Shown: positions 37,301 through 50,300, counted from the first letter of the stretch. The stretch: DNA of 64,000 bases from Antedon mediterranea (GCF_964355755.1 NC_092679.1:22985432-23049431), one strand, 5' to 3'. Notes: generated by a model from the sequence alone, not told the origin. Made by a program: numbers and translations.

Positions 37301-39170
37301 ATGACTGTTTTTTCCTCCGCTCATATGCTCCGGGGCCCCTGGGTTTAGCCAGTGATCACTCATAGCTGTTATGCCACTGGTTTTACCACTACAGTCAATC
37401 CTATTTAGGATACACCCCTACTTTATTTGGTCCTGAAAATGTCCCCTTAATTTTTTACTGTATTATTTTCACAATTCTGAATATTTCTTGTATTAACAGG
37501 ACCTGATGCAGAACATTACATTGTTTGTATATTCCGCTTTGTCATTTGATGATTCTAATGTCTACTTCAAGGCTATAGGCGTCGCCCACCTTCTGCTGCA
37601 AGAGGTAAGATATTAAAATACTGGGAAAGACATATCAATAAAAAATACTGATGACGCATCTAAAAAGATAATCCGGTTTCGGTATTATCACTAAGCTGTC
37701 ACTACTGGTGCAATCTGGATAGTTGACTCAAACCGCAAACTAACTATTGTTATTCGCCATGCAAACCTTTAAACAATCTTTAAATGATTTATTGAATAAT
37801 TTTTTACTTTACACAGTTACCGAATTGTAACCTATTACCTGAGGCTGTGAACCACTTGTTTGTTGCTGTATTACGCCCTTTGCAAGTGCACGGACACCAC
37901 GATTCTCACGTTTCAACCATTCTAAACAACGCAATCTACCATTATGACGTATTTGTAAGCCTTTTATTTTATATTAGCATATTCATTTTATAATAGCAAT
38001 AATATACAAATAATATTGAATGCTTATAAGTGAATCCTAGTTCTGGTGGTGGAAGTCTTTTTGGATAAGGACTACAAACCATAGATCCATTGTACAGTGA
38101 TAACCTGTCTACTTTAAAGAACCCAGGTCATCATTCAAGACAAGTAAAGAGTTACCCCGGTGAACTGGTTAACAAAATAGCCCCTGTATCAGGGGGATTA
38201 TCACCTACTGTATCAGATATTAAGACAGTGAATATTTTGCTTTTTTGTAATCATTGATCACATGTGCCTAAAGAATAAAATAATATGTGGATATACAGAA
38301 CAGAGTATGCTCAGATACCCTATAGTTAAACTCTCAGCGCTTAGTTTTCTTTGATGACATGTATATATCACCACTTTGTGCAATTATTTCTGTATTTGCA
38401 GAGGCCAAAATACCCAAAGATTATTGATGTGCTCTTGCACGTGCCAGGCTGCGATGCTGAAGCGGTGCAGGCCTACGACAGCAAGGTGCTCACCACATGG
38501 TCTATAGGCAAACCAATACCAGATAAAAAGAAAAAAGATCACTTTAAGAAACTTGTTCAACCTCTTATTAGGGTAAGTCTATTTTATTGTAATGGGTATA
38601 CGATGCTTGAAACAGACGTTTAAGACCTAAAGCTTTGCCTACACTATCAAACTTTCATGTGACAAAAAAATGTGATGTGCCCATTTATGGACATGATGAT
38701 GTCATATCACTACAATATTTGGGAATATCACACAATTTTGTATTTTGTAAAACTAGTTTGATAGTGTAGACAGAGCTTAAAAATATTCCTAGCCCTACTA
38801 AATTCCACTCAAATTAAGCGGAATTAATTGTTTTCACTGCTCCTAACTTTATATTTTGTTCTTTGTTTAACATGTATGTGTTCTAAATTGTTAAACATTA
38901 GGTACATGCAAAGTGGCTCCTAGTCATAGTAGTCTTGGTAAAAGTTTTTTCTCAAAATCTGAAAGTGTAATTTAACAGGTATTTTTACTATTTTGAAGAA
39001 AAAATCATTTAAATATGCAATTATGATTTTAGGTAGTTGTCAGTAATAAATACAAAAAGGAGGTCATGTTTGGAAAGATGCCTCGTCTCTACCGCCCTCC
39101 TAAGCCTAAAGCACCCACAGTTGACGAAACCAGTCAAGAGTATGGATTGATACAGCTATTTAAGGACTGA
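25323..39170 (+). CDS. XPO5: Exportin-5, ~29 exons
   Basis: MCALHLDSTVQKLIHSVNITMDPSASHQQRTEAYHFCEEFKESSPLCVECG..IRHFGLQILEHCAKFRW, EMIKKEWPQRW, TRSVQNVRRHACSALIKMCRDNPE, LRPIIRVFLKLFVLYCP, KKKKDHFKKLVQ; stop TGA at 39168-39170. Includes a 30-nt (27646-27675) and a ~42-nt exon. Confidence 0.95.
28275..28439. mobile_element. MITE-like element with ~24-bp imperfect TIRs
   Basis: GACCATGACAAAATAATTCTACTG ... CAGTAGAATAGTTTTGACATGGTC. Related ACTGCAGTA-rich fragments near 20000-20150 and 29390-29565. Confidence 0.5.
31679..31786. mobile_element. MITE family A (GCTCTGTCTACACT TIR), TTAA-flanked
   Basis: ttaa-GCTCTGTCTACACTATCAAACT...AGCGTAGACAGAGC-ttaa. Other copies at 32212-32344, ~38630-38776 and a fragment at ~2110-2210. 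Confidence 0.8.
32212..32418. mobile_element. MITE family A copy plus adjacent partial duplication of its right end
   Basis: TIR-bounded copy at 32212-32344; the right end plus flank is repeated up to ~32440. Confidence 0.75.
35626..35886 (+). other. U12-type (minor spliceosome) AT-AC intron in XPO5
   Basis: 5' ATATCCTTT, branch-point-like TTTTCTTAAC at 35867-35876, 3' TTTAC. Removal joins C|GT to give the conserved LRPIIR-VFLKLFVLYCP. Confidence 0.9.
37007..37192. repeat. Tandem duplication, 2 x ~93 bp
   Basis: TGCAGACCCATAAATGATCCC...CTTTTCCATAAAA occurs twice. Confidence 0.85.
37219..37379. mobile_element. hAT-type MITE
   Basis: TIRs CAGTGGCGTAAC / GTTATGCCACTG; 8-bp TSD GTTCTACC / GTTTTACC (7/8 match). 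Confidence 0.75.
38030..38290 (+). mobile_element. Degraded, 5'-truncated copy of the Deu-like SINE at 47471
   Basis: CCTAGTTCTGGTGGTGGAA..GGATAAGGACTACAAACC..TTTAAAGAACCCAG..CCCGGTGAACTGG..ATAGCCCCTGTATCAGGGG. Confidence 0.7.
38630..38776. mobile_element. MITE family A copy
   Basis: GCTTTGCCTACACTATCAAACT...AGTTTGATAGTGTAGACAGAGC-ttaa. Confidence 0.75.
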
Positions 39171-39888
39171 GTGACCTCTACATTTTTAGGCAGATGTTTT
39201 AATTGATCTTTACATTGGCGTAACCATAATAAGTTGGTCAAGAAACAGGGGATGTATAGCCACAAAATAAAGCGACCTTTGACATGATTGGCCATGCTTA
39301 GGAAAATATTTCATTGAACTTTATATTGGCGTAAAAACATAGTAAAGTCAAGGATTAGGTGACATATACAAGCGACCTTTGACATGATTGATCATGTTTA
39401 GGCAAATATTTCGCTGAGCTTTACACTGGTGAACTATGTTCATTAAAATAAACAGCCACTCAAATCATGATTATAGGTTCGATTCATTTGTATAATCATG
39501 ACCTTTGACATGACCTGAAAATAAAAGAGATATCATCGTAACCATAACAGGTACTAAAGTCTGAAGTAAAATAAACAAAAAAGTTTCGTGCAAAATATCT
39601 TTAATCAATTCAACAAGAATTTAGGAACAAGAACAATAAGTTGGATATTTTTAAATTATTTTTGTTTGTGTATAAACTTTAAAACTGTTTTAAACCAGAA
39701 ATGTAATGTTTTGTTTATAACATGTTAAAATATAACAATATGTGAATCGTCTGCTAAATTCTAACTTGTCTCATCAAAGACTTCCTTATGGAAATAAAAC
39801 ACTAGCTACTTGGTTTCATAAATGTTGTATTCATTTTGTCGGTATAATTCTTTGTAATCAAATGATGCTATCAGACTATACATACAAC

Positions 39889-42160
39889 CTATGTTATTAA
39901 GTGTTTACATACATTTTGTTTTATATGTTCATTGCACAAAACAGACGTCGAATACGGGAAACACTGGGTTAGTGCCTTCGTCAGGTCTGGATCTTGATTG
40001 CTTCCAATTTTAAAATCCAAACTCTGTATATCTTCTTGATCTTCCATTAATATTCCGCTGAGATGGGAAAACAGAGTGTGGAAAGTTGCATAGTCAAAAT
40101 CCCAATGCAAAAACATAGGTCCCAATACTAAACTATGTTCACCAGTTACAGAAGTGTAATTCTTATACACAGTAGCTGTTACGTAACTTGGCCCAATATC
40201 AAATGGCCTATCGACCACTACAATGTCAAATCCATAATCTGTTTTTACGCTAAATTTCTGTTTAAAATTAACCAACTGTGTGTCACTGTGTAGTATTACA
40301 ATCGGATGTTTCCTTTTTCTCTGAATGATCCCTTGCACTAATTCTTCATTTTCCAGCATTATCAAAACCTTCATTGGAACTACTTTATTCTTCCGCACCA
40401 TGTTATATTCTTTTATAATATTGTAAACTTGTGGGAAATTTCTTGGTGTAGCTATTTCATTCTGTTCTGCCATACCTTGGTAACTTTGTATTGGTGTTTG
40501 AATGTCATTCCGTTCTGCCATACTTTGGTAACTTCGTTTTGGTGTTTCAATTTCAATGTGTTCTGCCATACATTGATAACTTCGGTTTGGTGTTTTAATT
40601 TCATTCTGTTCCACTACATCTTGGTAACTGCGTGTTGGTGTATCAATTTCATTTTGTTCCACTACATCTTGATAACTTCGTGTTGGTGTTTCAATTTCAT
40701 TTTGTTCCACTACATCTTGATAACTTCGTGTTGGTGTTTCAATTTTATTCTGTTCTGCCAGACCTTGATAACTTCGTGTTGGTGTTTCAATTTCATTTTG
40801 TTCCACTACATCTTGATAACTTCGTGTTGGTGTTTCAATTTTATTCTGTTCTGCCAGACCTTGATAACTTCGTGTTGTTGTTTCAATTTCATTTTGTTCT
40901 GCCATATCTTGGTAACTTCGTGTTGGTGTTTCAATTTCATTGTGTTCCACTACATCTTGATAACTTCGTTTTAGTGTATCAATTTCATTGTGTTCCACTA
41001 CATCTTGATAACTTCGTTTTAGTGTATCAATTTCATTGTGTTCCACTACATCTTGATAACTTCGTTTTAGTGTATCAATTTCATTGTGTTCCACTACATC
41101 TTGATAACTTCGTTTTGGTGCTTTACTTACTACGATTTGACCGTTTTGTTCGGTTTGTACGTATGATATACCTATATCTTGATCAATGTGTTCCAGTGTT
41201 TCAATTTCTACCGTTTCTAAACTTTTTGGTTGTTTTGTTTCTACGTTTTTCGAATTACCATGAGCAATGCGGTTATTACTATAAAATCCGCGATATTCTA
41301 TGAGGGCTACATCTGTTAGTTTGTTGTTTTCGTACAACGTCGTTACACGTTTTCTATAGTTCGTGTCAGGGGCTTTGAGATGTGTGTAGTATCTTCTCAT
41401 TTTGATAACTTTCTCTGGTTGCGGTACTAAAGGATGCCACAGTGACACTTTCTTGATTCTGCTTTCAATACAATAAAGATTGTCCTTCAAATAAACAGAA
41501 CTTAGTTTGCCATTTGAGTTCACAATGAAATAATTTGTAACTGCTTTTTCCCTTTTAGAGTCCCAAACTCCACAGTCATCTGGGAAAAATTGTCGTTGAC
41601 AGAAGTGTTTCTTTCCTGCATTGCATGTGTTATCTACAAGGTAAACACTGTTCTTGGGGCCACATGGGATGTGAAGATGAATGAACAAGTCTTTTGATGT
41701 TAAATGTTTATACGTTTCTGTAACGGGCAAAAATGATCCTGTCGTGTGTATCTTTGATAAACAAGACATAGATGTCATCACTTCCGACTGTTCTCCCGAT
41801 AGCGACACCATCTGCAAATAAAAATATCAAATTTCTGTATGGTGGAAAAACAAAAAAGTTAATTGTGTGCTAATAATGTTGCCACAATAGTTAATGGTAA
41901 AAGAATGGTCCATACTTTTCAAGTAACAGTTATAGATGGAAAACTACCCCCTGGAAATTTACCACCCAAACAACTACTCCCCTTGGACAACTAGCCAATG
42001 AAATATTTCCAATAATCCAGGAGGTGGTAAATACTATAGAAAAGTATGCAAGTTTCGTGTATAATACCTCAGGAAGCGATGTTTGGTGACTTTCAAGAGA
42101 CTGCCACGCCATTTGGGAATCATGTTTTGGATCATTCATAGTTGCTCTGCTGACTGCCAT
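39889..42160 (-). CDS. Mutator-like (MULE) transposase-derived protein, ~671 aa, 2 coding exons, with 14x16-aa repeat; predicted catalytically inactive
   Basis: Exon 42068-42160 (MAVSRAT..LPE|gt) splices in phase 0 to ag|41811-39889. N-terminal DDCGVW..RRYY..KRVT..LIEY.G..HGNSK block. C-terminal VVDRPFDIG..VTATVYKN..LGPMFLH..FSHL..GSNQD..FP..LCNEHIKQN resembles a MULE DDE core up to CxxH, then stops. Possible 5'-UTR donor at ~42869. Confidence 0.7.
40448..41119 (-). repeat. In-frame coding minisatellite, 14 x 48 bp
   Basis: Unit encodes (P/L)(T/K)RSYQDVVE(Q/H)NEI(E/D)T; no frameshift or stop on the minus strand. Confidence 0.92.
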
Positions 42161-44334
42161 TACCTCTTCGTCCTCTACGAAAATTAACAAATTCTCTACA
42201 GCAATATTATTTAGCCAAAGTCCACATCACTGAGATGTCAATCTATTAAATTAACAAATAACAGTAAGGTTACTAAAAATAATGAAATAAACTGTCCCAC
42301 TCTTGCTCATATGATTTAATCATAAAAGAGGTATTGTCTGAGTTGTAGACTAGGTAAACCTCCTATCCCCAGGAGAAACATTCAATTTGACACCTGACCT
42401 ACCAATAGACCTTAATTTAAATTTTCTCCTGTATTGCTAATAGCTGCATTGCATAGTAATAACAACATTAACAACAAGATTAAAATGATGTAAAACACTT
42501 CTGTAGGTTAGAGACAGTTTAATATTCGTAATAAAGAAAAACATTTTGGCACACATGGCGTGTCATACCTGTACTTGAATTGAAAATATTTTGCTGACCT
42601 CTTTAGAAATGAAATTTATTTATAATTCAGATGAGTTAAAATAACCCGTTTTTAATTATGAAATGGATGACCCGGGCATTTGGCAGGAGTGTTTCATACC
42701 AATATGGGTTCTTATACTGATTGTGTTATACTAAGTTAGTCCCTAAAACTATTATTATTCCCTAATTAAACTAGAATCATAATGGAAGACGTAGGCTACG
42801 TGGTCTAAAGCTAAAGAATATCATTTTACAATATAAAAGAATAAATATTATATACGGTACAGTACTTACGTACATAAAAAGTCCGTTTTCTTCAGTATCA
42901 CGAAAATGAACAGAGTGAAGGCAACATGGATAATTCGAAACCAATTAAGCAAAATTATGCCAATAATGAAGACAATGAAACAGTGTTCAGACAATGTACT
43001 GCGATACAATGAACACAATGAACGATTTCCGATGTCGACACAATGGTCACGTTTGTATGGAGCGCCAAGTGTGCCATCGTGGTGTGTTTTAATAGTTATT
43101 TAATGACGACTCAGGTTTTTTCATTTAATAATTTTACAATAATGTAATCATTTTAAAATAAAAAAGACAAAAGATTATTTATAATGAATGACGTCGGTGA
43201 TGAAAATGAAAATTCCATAAAGCCATTGTATTTATGGTCTAATGGTTAACGGTTTGCATATCAAGCAGAAGGTTACGGATTCGAATCTCACCGGTTTGGG
43301 CGGCTTTTTCTCATTCTCAGATAATTATTTCCTATTTATCGCTATTAACGCCAATAACCTTTGTGGATAATTGTGGACGCTACCCTACAAAGAAAGTACC
43401 GTACTACTACTACTACTTTACAACATTTTATTTTCCGATTATAGGCACACGGTAAGTACAGACTTAAATATATATACGAATTGAAATTTATATTTATGAA
43501 AAAAGAGTGATTACTATTTACATTTAGTCATGATAGTGTTCCACTATTTTATTCTGCCTACTAGTTAGTTTTCTGTCACCATTGTGTTGTATTCACTTCA
43601 GTAAGCTCATTTGCATTTTGCCAGCCATGTGAATCTTTACTGTAAGAATAAATACTGGCTATAGCTGTGAAAACACTCCTTAGAAGAGACCTGTTTACCT
43701 ATATTCAAGAAGAACATACTGATAAATTTGGTAAGCGTGTTTTCTTCCTTTATAATTAATGTTGCTGTTATAAGCTTTACTAGAGTGGTGTATTTTGGGT
43801 AGGCTAATTTTAATTTTAAACATGCTGTGTAGGCCTACTTTACTATGCGTTCTCCATAGAATTTCGTCAAATTGGTTGAGTGTAATTCTAGTTGGCCCGG
43901 GCGCGCCAACCATAGAAACTTGACTATCATCGTTATAAACTTCTTTCGTTGATTATTCTGTTTACAAATTAATGGACCATTACAAAAAAAGACTAAGTTA
44001 TAGTTAATAGTATTTTATTCAATAGGGCCTATTCCCTATTCATAAAGGTGCTTAGACGTGTCTATATTTTTAATGTTTCAGGAATTATACGCCTATTAAC
44101 TCGTTTTATGCTGTCATTAACACGAGTATTTCATTTTTTTTAGATAAAATAAATACAGCCTTCAGTATTGTTAAATGTACTGTGCTTGCTGAGTTTTTAC
44201 TCTTATAAAAAAAAACAATTATAAAAGTGCATGTCGAAGGTCAAATGACCAACAGGTTCTGAGTATAGTGTCATTTCTATGAAAACCAGAATTTAAATGA
44301 AGTGCGATTGAGTTGGTAGCATTCCAATGATGAG

Positions 44335-47300
44335 CTACATGTTCATTGTTGATTTTTCATCAATAGTACTATACATGTTCTCAATATATGTCTGTTCTTG
44401 CATTGTTTTTTTATTGTGTTGACATTTCTGTTTCTTCTTGTACACCTGCAAAATTAAATGAAGAGACAGTCAGATAATGTTTTTCTTTTAAATGTAAAAT
44501 CGTAGAGAAAGGCGAACAATTGCTAAAATTGCTATCTTCTGGTATTTTTTTAAATTTTGTATTTATTAATTTGATTTGTATTATGCTTATTAATAAGTGT
44601 TATATAAGTTATATTAGGTCACAGTATTAGGACTTTGACGTCGTTCGGAGTATAGTAGGCCTATTGATTGCATCCATTTTATGCTAAGCAAACATTTTCT
44701 TCTGTTATTAGTAATTCAACGTATTTCCTTATTAAAGGCTTCTAGTAGACCTGCCACTTGATGAAGATGTTACCCGAATATTTTTTTTAATAAATATACC
44801 GCCCTCTATCCGATGGTTATTTATAGCGCCCTCTATTGTTTTCATGAATTTTACAAGTTGGGCCTATTAGGGAAATCCCCATATTATAGACGTCTCGCAG
44901 TAATTCATCACCAAAATTAAGAACTGGTCATTTTGCAATTTAGTGCCAACTTACCAGAACTAATAGAAAGATTATTAAAGCTATTAAGACGCCGATGACA
45001 GCGCATACAACTCCGACGGTTCCTGACTGGTTATTCGTTGATATGTTTTGTTGGTCCTGATACAGTGTTCTGAACGTAATGGAATCCCGGTAGGCTACCA
45101 ACTGTGAACCTTCGAATTCGAACTGGAAATTCCCTTCATTTACCTATAAACAAAACGTTAAATTTAAACATATTTTTTTTTTATGTAATATTTTATCCTC
45201 GCTACTCATCGTAATTATTTTTCTTCTGTTATTTTTTGAGAAGAAATGAAAACACATTTTTGAATATGAACATTTATTGGTTCATTACTACGTTTCAAAT
45301 GCGTTTCAATTCTTGAACGCCGCAGAAATATCTAGTTAAAGCTTGGTTCACACTAGGACGACGTAACGCAAGGACGTAAGCCGCAACGCAAGAGAATTAC
45401 ATTAAGCTTGGTTCACACTAGGACGACGTAACGCAAGGACGTAAGCCGCAACGCAAGCGAATTACATTAAGCTTGGTTCTCACTGTGATGCAACGCAAGG
45501 ACGTAGATGCAACGCAAACGAGTTGACCAATGACAAGCTACAGTCAATCAATCGCTTGTGATTGGTCAAATCCTTTACGTACGTCGTTGTACTACGTCTC
45601 TAGTGGGAACCAAGCACCTACCTGTTCTTCCATAAATACGACAAGATCTGTTACTGATAGAGTTTCAGATTCATCTTCAATTAATTGGAAATCCACTTTG
45701 ATGCTTCCTCGAGTTATCTATTGTCCAAGATAAAATGTTGCAAAATGTAATATAACCGTATTTTATCTAACCTGAACACTTCTTACGTATGTGCATGTTC
45801 TATTTAGATTCAGTTTTGTAAACTATGCACCAACGAGTAACTAATGGTGACAAAATATTTAAAAGAAAAACACCTACATTTCTGGAAATTACTCTTAATG
45901 TTAAAAACGAAACATGGTCAATATTAAGCAAACATTTTCCGTCGAATGTTTCTCATCTAGTTATTTCCGTTGTTTTGTTATCTTTTTATGATTTAACGCT
46001 TTTGTGACAATACGGTAATTGTTTACACCTACCATGATATTCTTTACATTTCTAGCATCAACCCCATACTCAGAATTCATAAATAAAGCAAATTCTCTGA
46101 GAATAAGAAAATATTTATTCGTTCGTTCATTCATTCATATAATAGTGGTAATAATTTTGTAATAAGTAATTCAATAATTCAACTACTGTTTTAACTTTGT
46201 AACATTTTGTATACAATTCTATTTTTGTTGTTGACTTTTTACCTACAATAAGTTCAAACTCCTTATGACTTAGGAATGTTTGTTTCTTTATATATACCAG
46301 GATATTTTTTTTAATGTAAAAGAAAACCTATTCCGAAAGAAATCTGAAAACAAATACCACACTCACCTTTGAAACAACTGTGTTTTGTTGACAACAATTG
46401 AGTAATCATTTTCAAATTTTAAAGCCACGTCAATTCCCCTAGATTAATCAAAGAAGTTTAAAGATTAGGTAGGTGATTTGTTAGTCCATCGCTGCTTTCA
46501 ATCATTTTTTTTACGGATTCTAAAATACTGAGTTGATGAGTTGTGCATGAATAAAAAAGATTCATATTTTATGCCCTTAATTAGACACTGGAGAAAATAA
46601 TACAGGTCTAAGCGTTCATGGGAATGATAATCTCAACCGAATTCAGAATTTCGTTCAGTTTTCTGTCATCGGCTCAAATTGACTTAGCCCAGAGATGGAT
46701 TAATGTCTCGACCTTCCGATGTCCAAATATGGCCAAATAGTAAAATAATTGTCTACCTGTCACATACACATAAGTATCAGATAATGATACTTACTTTACC
46801 CGCATGTTTTCTGAAAAGTAAAAAGAATAAATTTATTGTAAATGGTGATGTAACACGTATTTATTATTAATAACAGAAAACAAAAGTAATTATAATCATT
46901 GTACTGTATATTTTATATGATATCGAAATATATCGGTTGTTGTTACTCACGGCATTGTGGTTTTCTATCAATCGTTCCAACATCACCTTCGATTCTAATT
47001 CCTAATTCATCAACACACCAACATTCGTTTAACAGATAATCGCACTGAACTGCCGAGTATCTGCCGTCTTCGTCGCAGTCTGGAACGGCAACGTCTTCAA
47101 CTCCAGACATTTTTCGATATTCTCCTCGTTGTCTTTCAAACATACATCGACTTGGAACTGCGTATAAAGAAAGTTAGAATATTTTTTGCCATCTTGTAAG
47201 GAAAGAAGCATAACAGAGGGAGATTTTGGCAGGGAGAATTAATGGGAAAAGACAGAGGTAGGCTGCGAATAACAACATATAAGAATGGACTGGACATGAA

Positions 47301-50300
47301 TGAGTTATCAGAAATGCGTGAGGATGGATCAACAGAGGAAAGAATGCAAATTCATGAAAGTCAATCTGCTTCTAGCGGAGGGCATCAGCAGGTAACAAGT
47401 ACTGTAATGGGACTAAAGTTGCTAAATTACAAGACCTCTTCCATTTGCAATCCATTTGTATATATAATCTGAGTCAAATGGCCGAGCGGTTAAGGCAGGG
47501 GCGCCGTTTACCGTACCTAAAAAGCCAACAACATCGGCAAGGGTTCGAGGCCGACTCGCTCCTAGTTCTCGTGGTGGAACAAGTCTTCTCGGATAAGGAC
47601 TATAAACCGTAGGTTCAGTGTACACAGTTATAACCTGTGTGCACTTTAAAGAACCCAGTTCATTATTCGAAAAGAGTAGGGGGTTAGCCCGGTGAACTGG
47701 TTCACAAAATAGCCCCTGTATCAGGGGGGATTACCACCTATCTGATAGGACAGTGATTAATTCACTATTGGTAATCCTTGGCCACATTACCTAAAGACAT
47801 AAAATAAAAATTTAAAAAAAATTAAAAAATAATCATAGTTTGCACATTGTGTAAAAGTAAAGAAAACTTGCAAAGGTTTTCACCAAACCACAACATCGAG
47901 GCGTCGGAATTCGCTCCCTAATACCGCTTTCACACGTCACCAAAAGCAAGACTCCGGAGACACTCCGGAGTTGACGCCCCGGTATTTTGATGTGAAAGAG
48001 CATTGGTGAAACTAGTTACCTTGATTGCAATCAACATCTTCTCCATCATTATTGTTAACAAACTTCACTTTACACTGGCCGCAGATGTCGATAACACAAT
48101 GTGCGTATTGGTTCCAACGACAGTACTCCATAGCACATAAGTCTTGGGTGCATATTTGAGCTGGTCGGTCTGGTGGGCATACTATCGACACCTCGTCGAC
48201 TGCTGCTTCTTCTGGTTCTGTGAGAGTAATATTATTTTGTTTAAAACCAGTGAATTGTAGCCAGATGCACTTTTAGTTCTATTGTTGTTCTTCTTCAATA
48301 AGTATCGGATTTCTATATAAGAACTTCTAAATAATAATTGCGTGCTGTAACTATAACAAGATGCACATCCTAAAGTGCACTATATAAACATAGCATAGTG
48401 CGTACACATTACTTTTCTGCGCGTACTTGACTGCGGCAATTATTTGTAGATTGTAGATTTCTAGATACTGTGATCCTGTAGTTTCACCGTCATTATCCAG
48501 TCACATTGTGTTTCGTACAAACCTTAGTGATGTTTGACAGCACTAATGTTGACATTACACTATTATTATGCAAATTAACTTATAAATCGATTGTGATTTA
48601 GGCCTGTATAAGTCTGTATATTCATGTCTTGTAGTGTGGCCAACCTTTAATACTTATTACATAGTGTAAACTAAAGAGCAACAATACTAACATGAATGAA
48701 AATATATGCATCTGAAGAAAATTGTTAAAAAAGAACAATCATTTAATCTCAAGAAATAATACTTTATTGCGTTATTGTAGAATGAATAATATTAATAAAA
48801 TGAAATATATAGGAGGCAATACAGTATTAACTGTTAAAAGAATACTCGCGAAAATTAAAATGTCAGCTTGGTAAAATCAGTCAAGCTGTTAATAATAATA
48901 TTAATAGATGAGTAAGAGTAGTTGTTGTCCAATAGCATAAACGAGCAGTTTATCAACAAGTGTCATGGAGCATGCGTGCTCCTACCTCGTTTACCAACCC
49001 TATGACTACCGGTTTCACCTTGGCAAACGATGTTCTCAGATGGCTTCGTACACGTTCTCCATATTGGCCTGCACCTATCACATGGATCCATCACACAGAA
49101 GACGTCGTCTTCATCAGAGTGGCAAACCTCACCAGAACAACGGTCCACTGAGCAAACGTCCGGGGTACTTCCGTCATCGCATAACGTGTCTGTTATTACT
49201 AAGCAAAATTGAAAATTATGATATTAATCAAACTAAAGGAGGAAAAGTTTGTATTACTTGACTTCTTTTCGTATCGTCTACTGGCCATGTACTCTATTTA
49301 GAACAAGATATTGTAGGCCCAAAAATTCATCTAAATTTTTAGTAATGTAACATGGTTGTAAATAATCTTGGTTACACGATGTTATTTTTCTCGTGTAAAA
49401 TATATATATACGATAATCTTTAGTTATAGTTATTTTAGTAAATAGTGGATCATTTAGGGTTACTAGAGTATTCGTGTTATTAGAAAGAAAAAAACATAAT
49501 TTGTCCTACTTGTTTCAGCATTGATTTCACCATCTTGGTAACATCTAAGCTCAGAAGTATCCATTCCAATCACCAACGTATTCACCAACATGCTTCCGTC
49601 TTCATCAACACACCAACACCAATCAACATCTGTACGACATTGCTTCCACTCAAATTGTCCGTCAGTAGTACAAAGAGGAACATGCGGAAGCAGTAATGGT
49701 ATGTGGCTATCTGAAAGTTTAAACAGATTGCTTTATGCTCTATCTTTGCATGTTTACATGTGTAAATGTGTATCTCTATTGGGATCCATCTTACGATTCC
49801 TACAGCATGGTCAATTTTTCGTCAATTCCTTTTGAATTTACATGAGATATAGTATAAAGAACTTCAAGACAGTATCACATATTTACTCACTGTTCTCTTT
49901 TGTTGCTCTTCTCCGTCTTCCATCGGATCCTGGAACCCCTGGTGTTCCCGGTTGCCCTGGTTTGCCTGGTTGCCCAGGACTCCCAGGAATGCCATCACTT
50001 CCTGGTTGTCTCGTTCCATAAGGTCTCTCGGGTCCAGTAGGCCCTGGTGGTACATAACTACCATCACCACCACCACCACCACCACCACCACCACCACCAC
50101 CATGTCCGCCATTCCCGCCGTTACCACCATGACCACCATTTCCGCCGTTTCCGCCATTTCCGCCGTTGCCACCACTACCGCCATTTCCACCGTTGCCACC
50201 ATTACCGCCACGTCCGCCGTCTTCATTACCTTCTGTAGGAGTAATATCCTCATCTACAGTTCATAAATAATTTTTAAATAAATTCTTTTATCTATGTTTT

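Noticed and set aside
40448-41119. 48-bp array as a CRISPR-like locus
   Set aside because: Units are contiguous with no unique spacers, lie in frame in an ORF, and the context is eukaryotic with no cas genes.
40429-41303. Plus-strand ORFs of 181 and 223 aa (hydrophobic/Cys repeats)
   Set aside because: Shadow frames of the stop-free 48-bp repeat on the opposite strand.
49864-50266. Poly-His, poly-Thr and poly-Val ORFs
   Set aside because: Alternative frames of the (GGT/GGN)n Gly-rich exon; only the Gly frame fits the splice phases.
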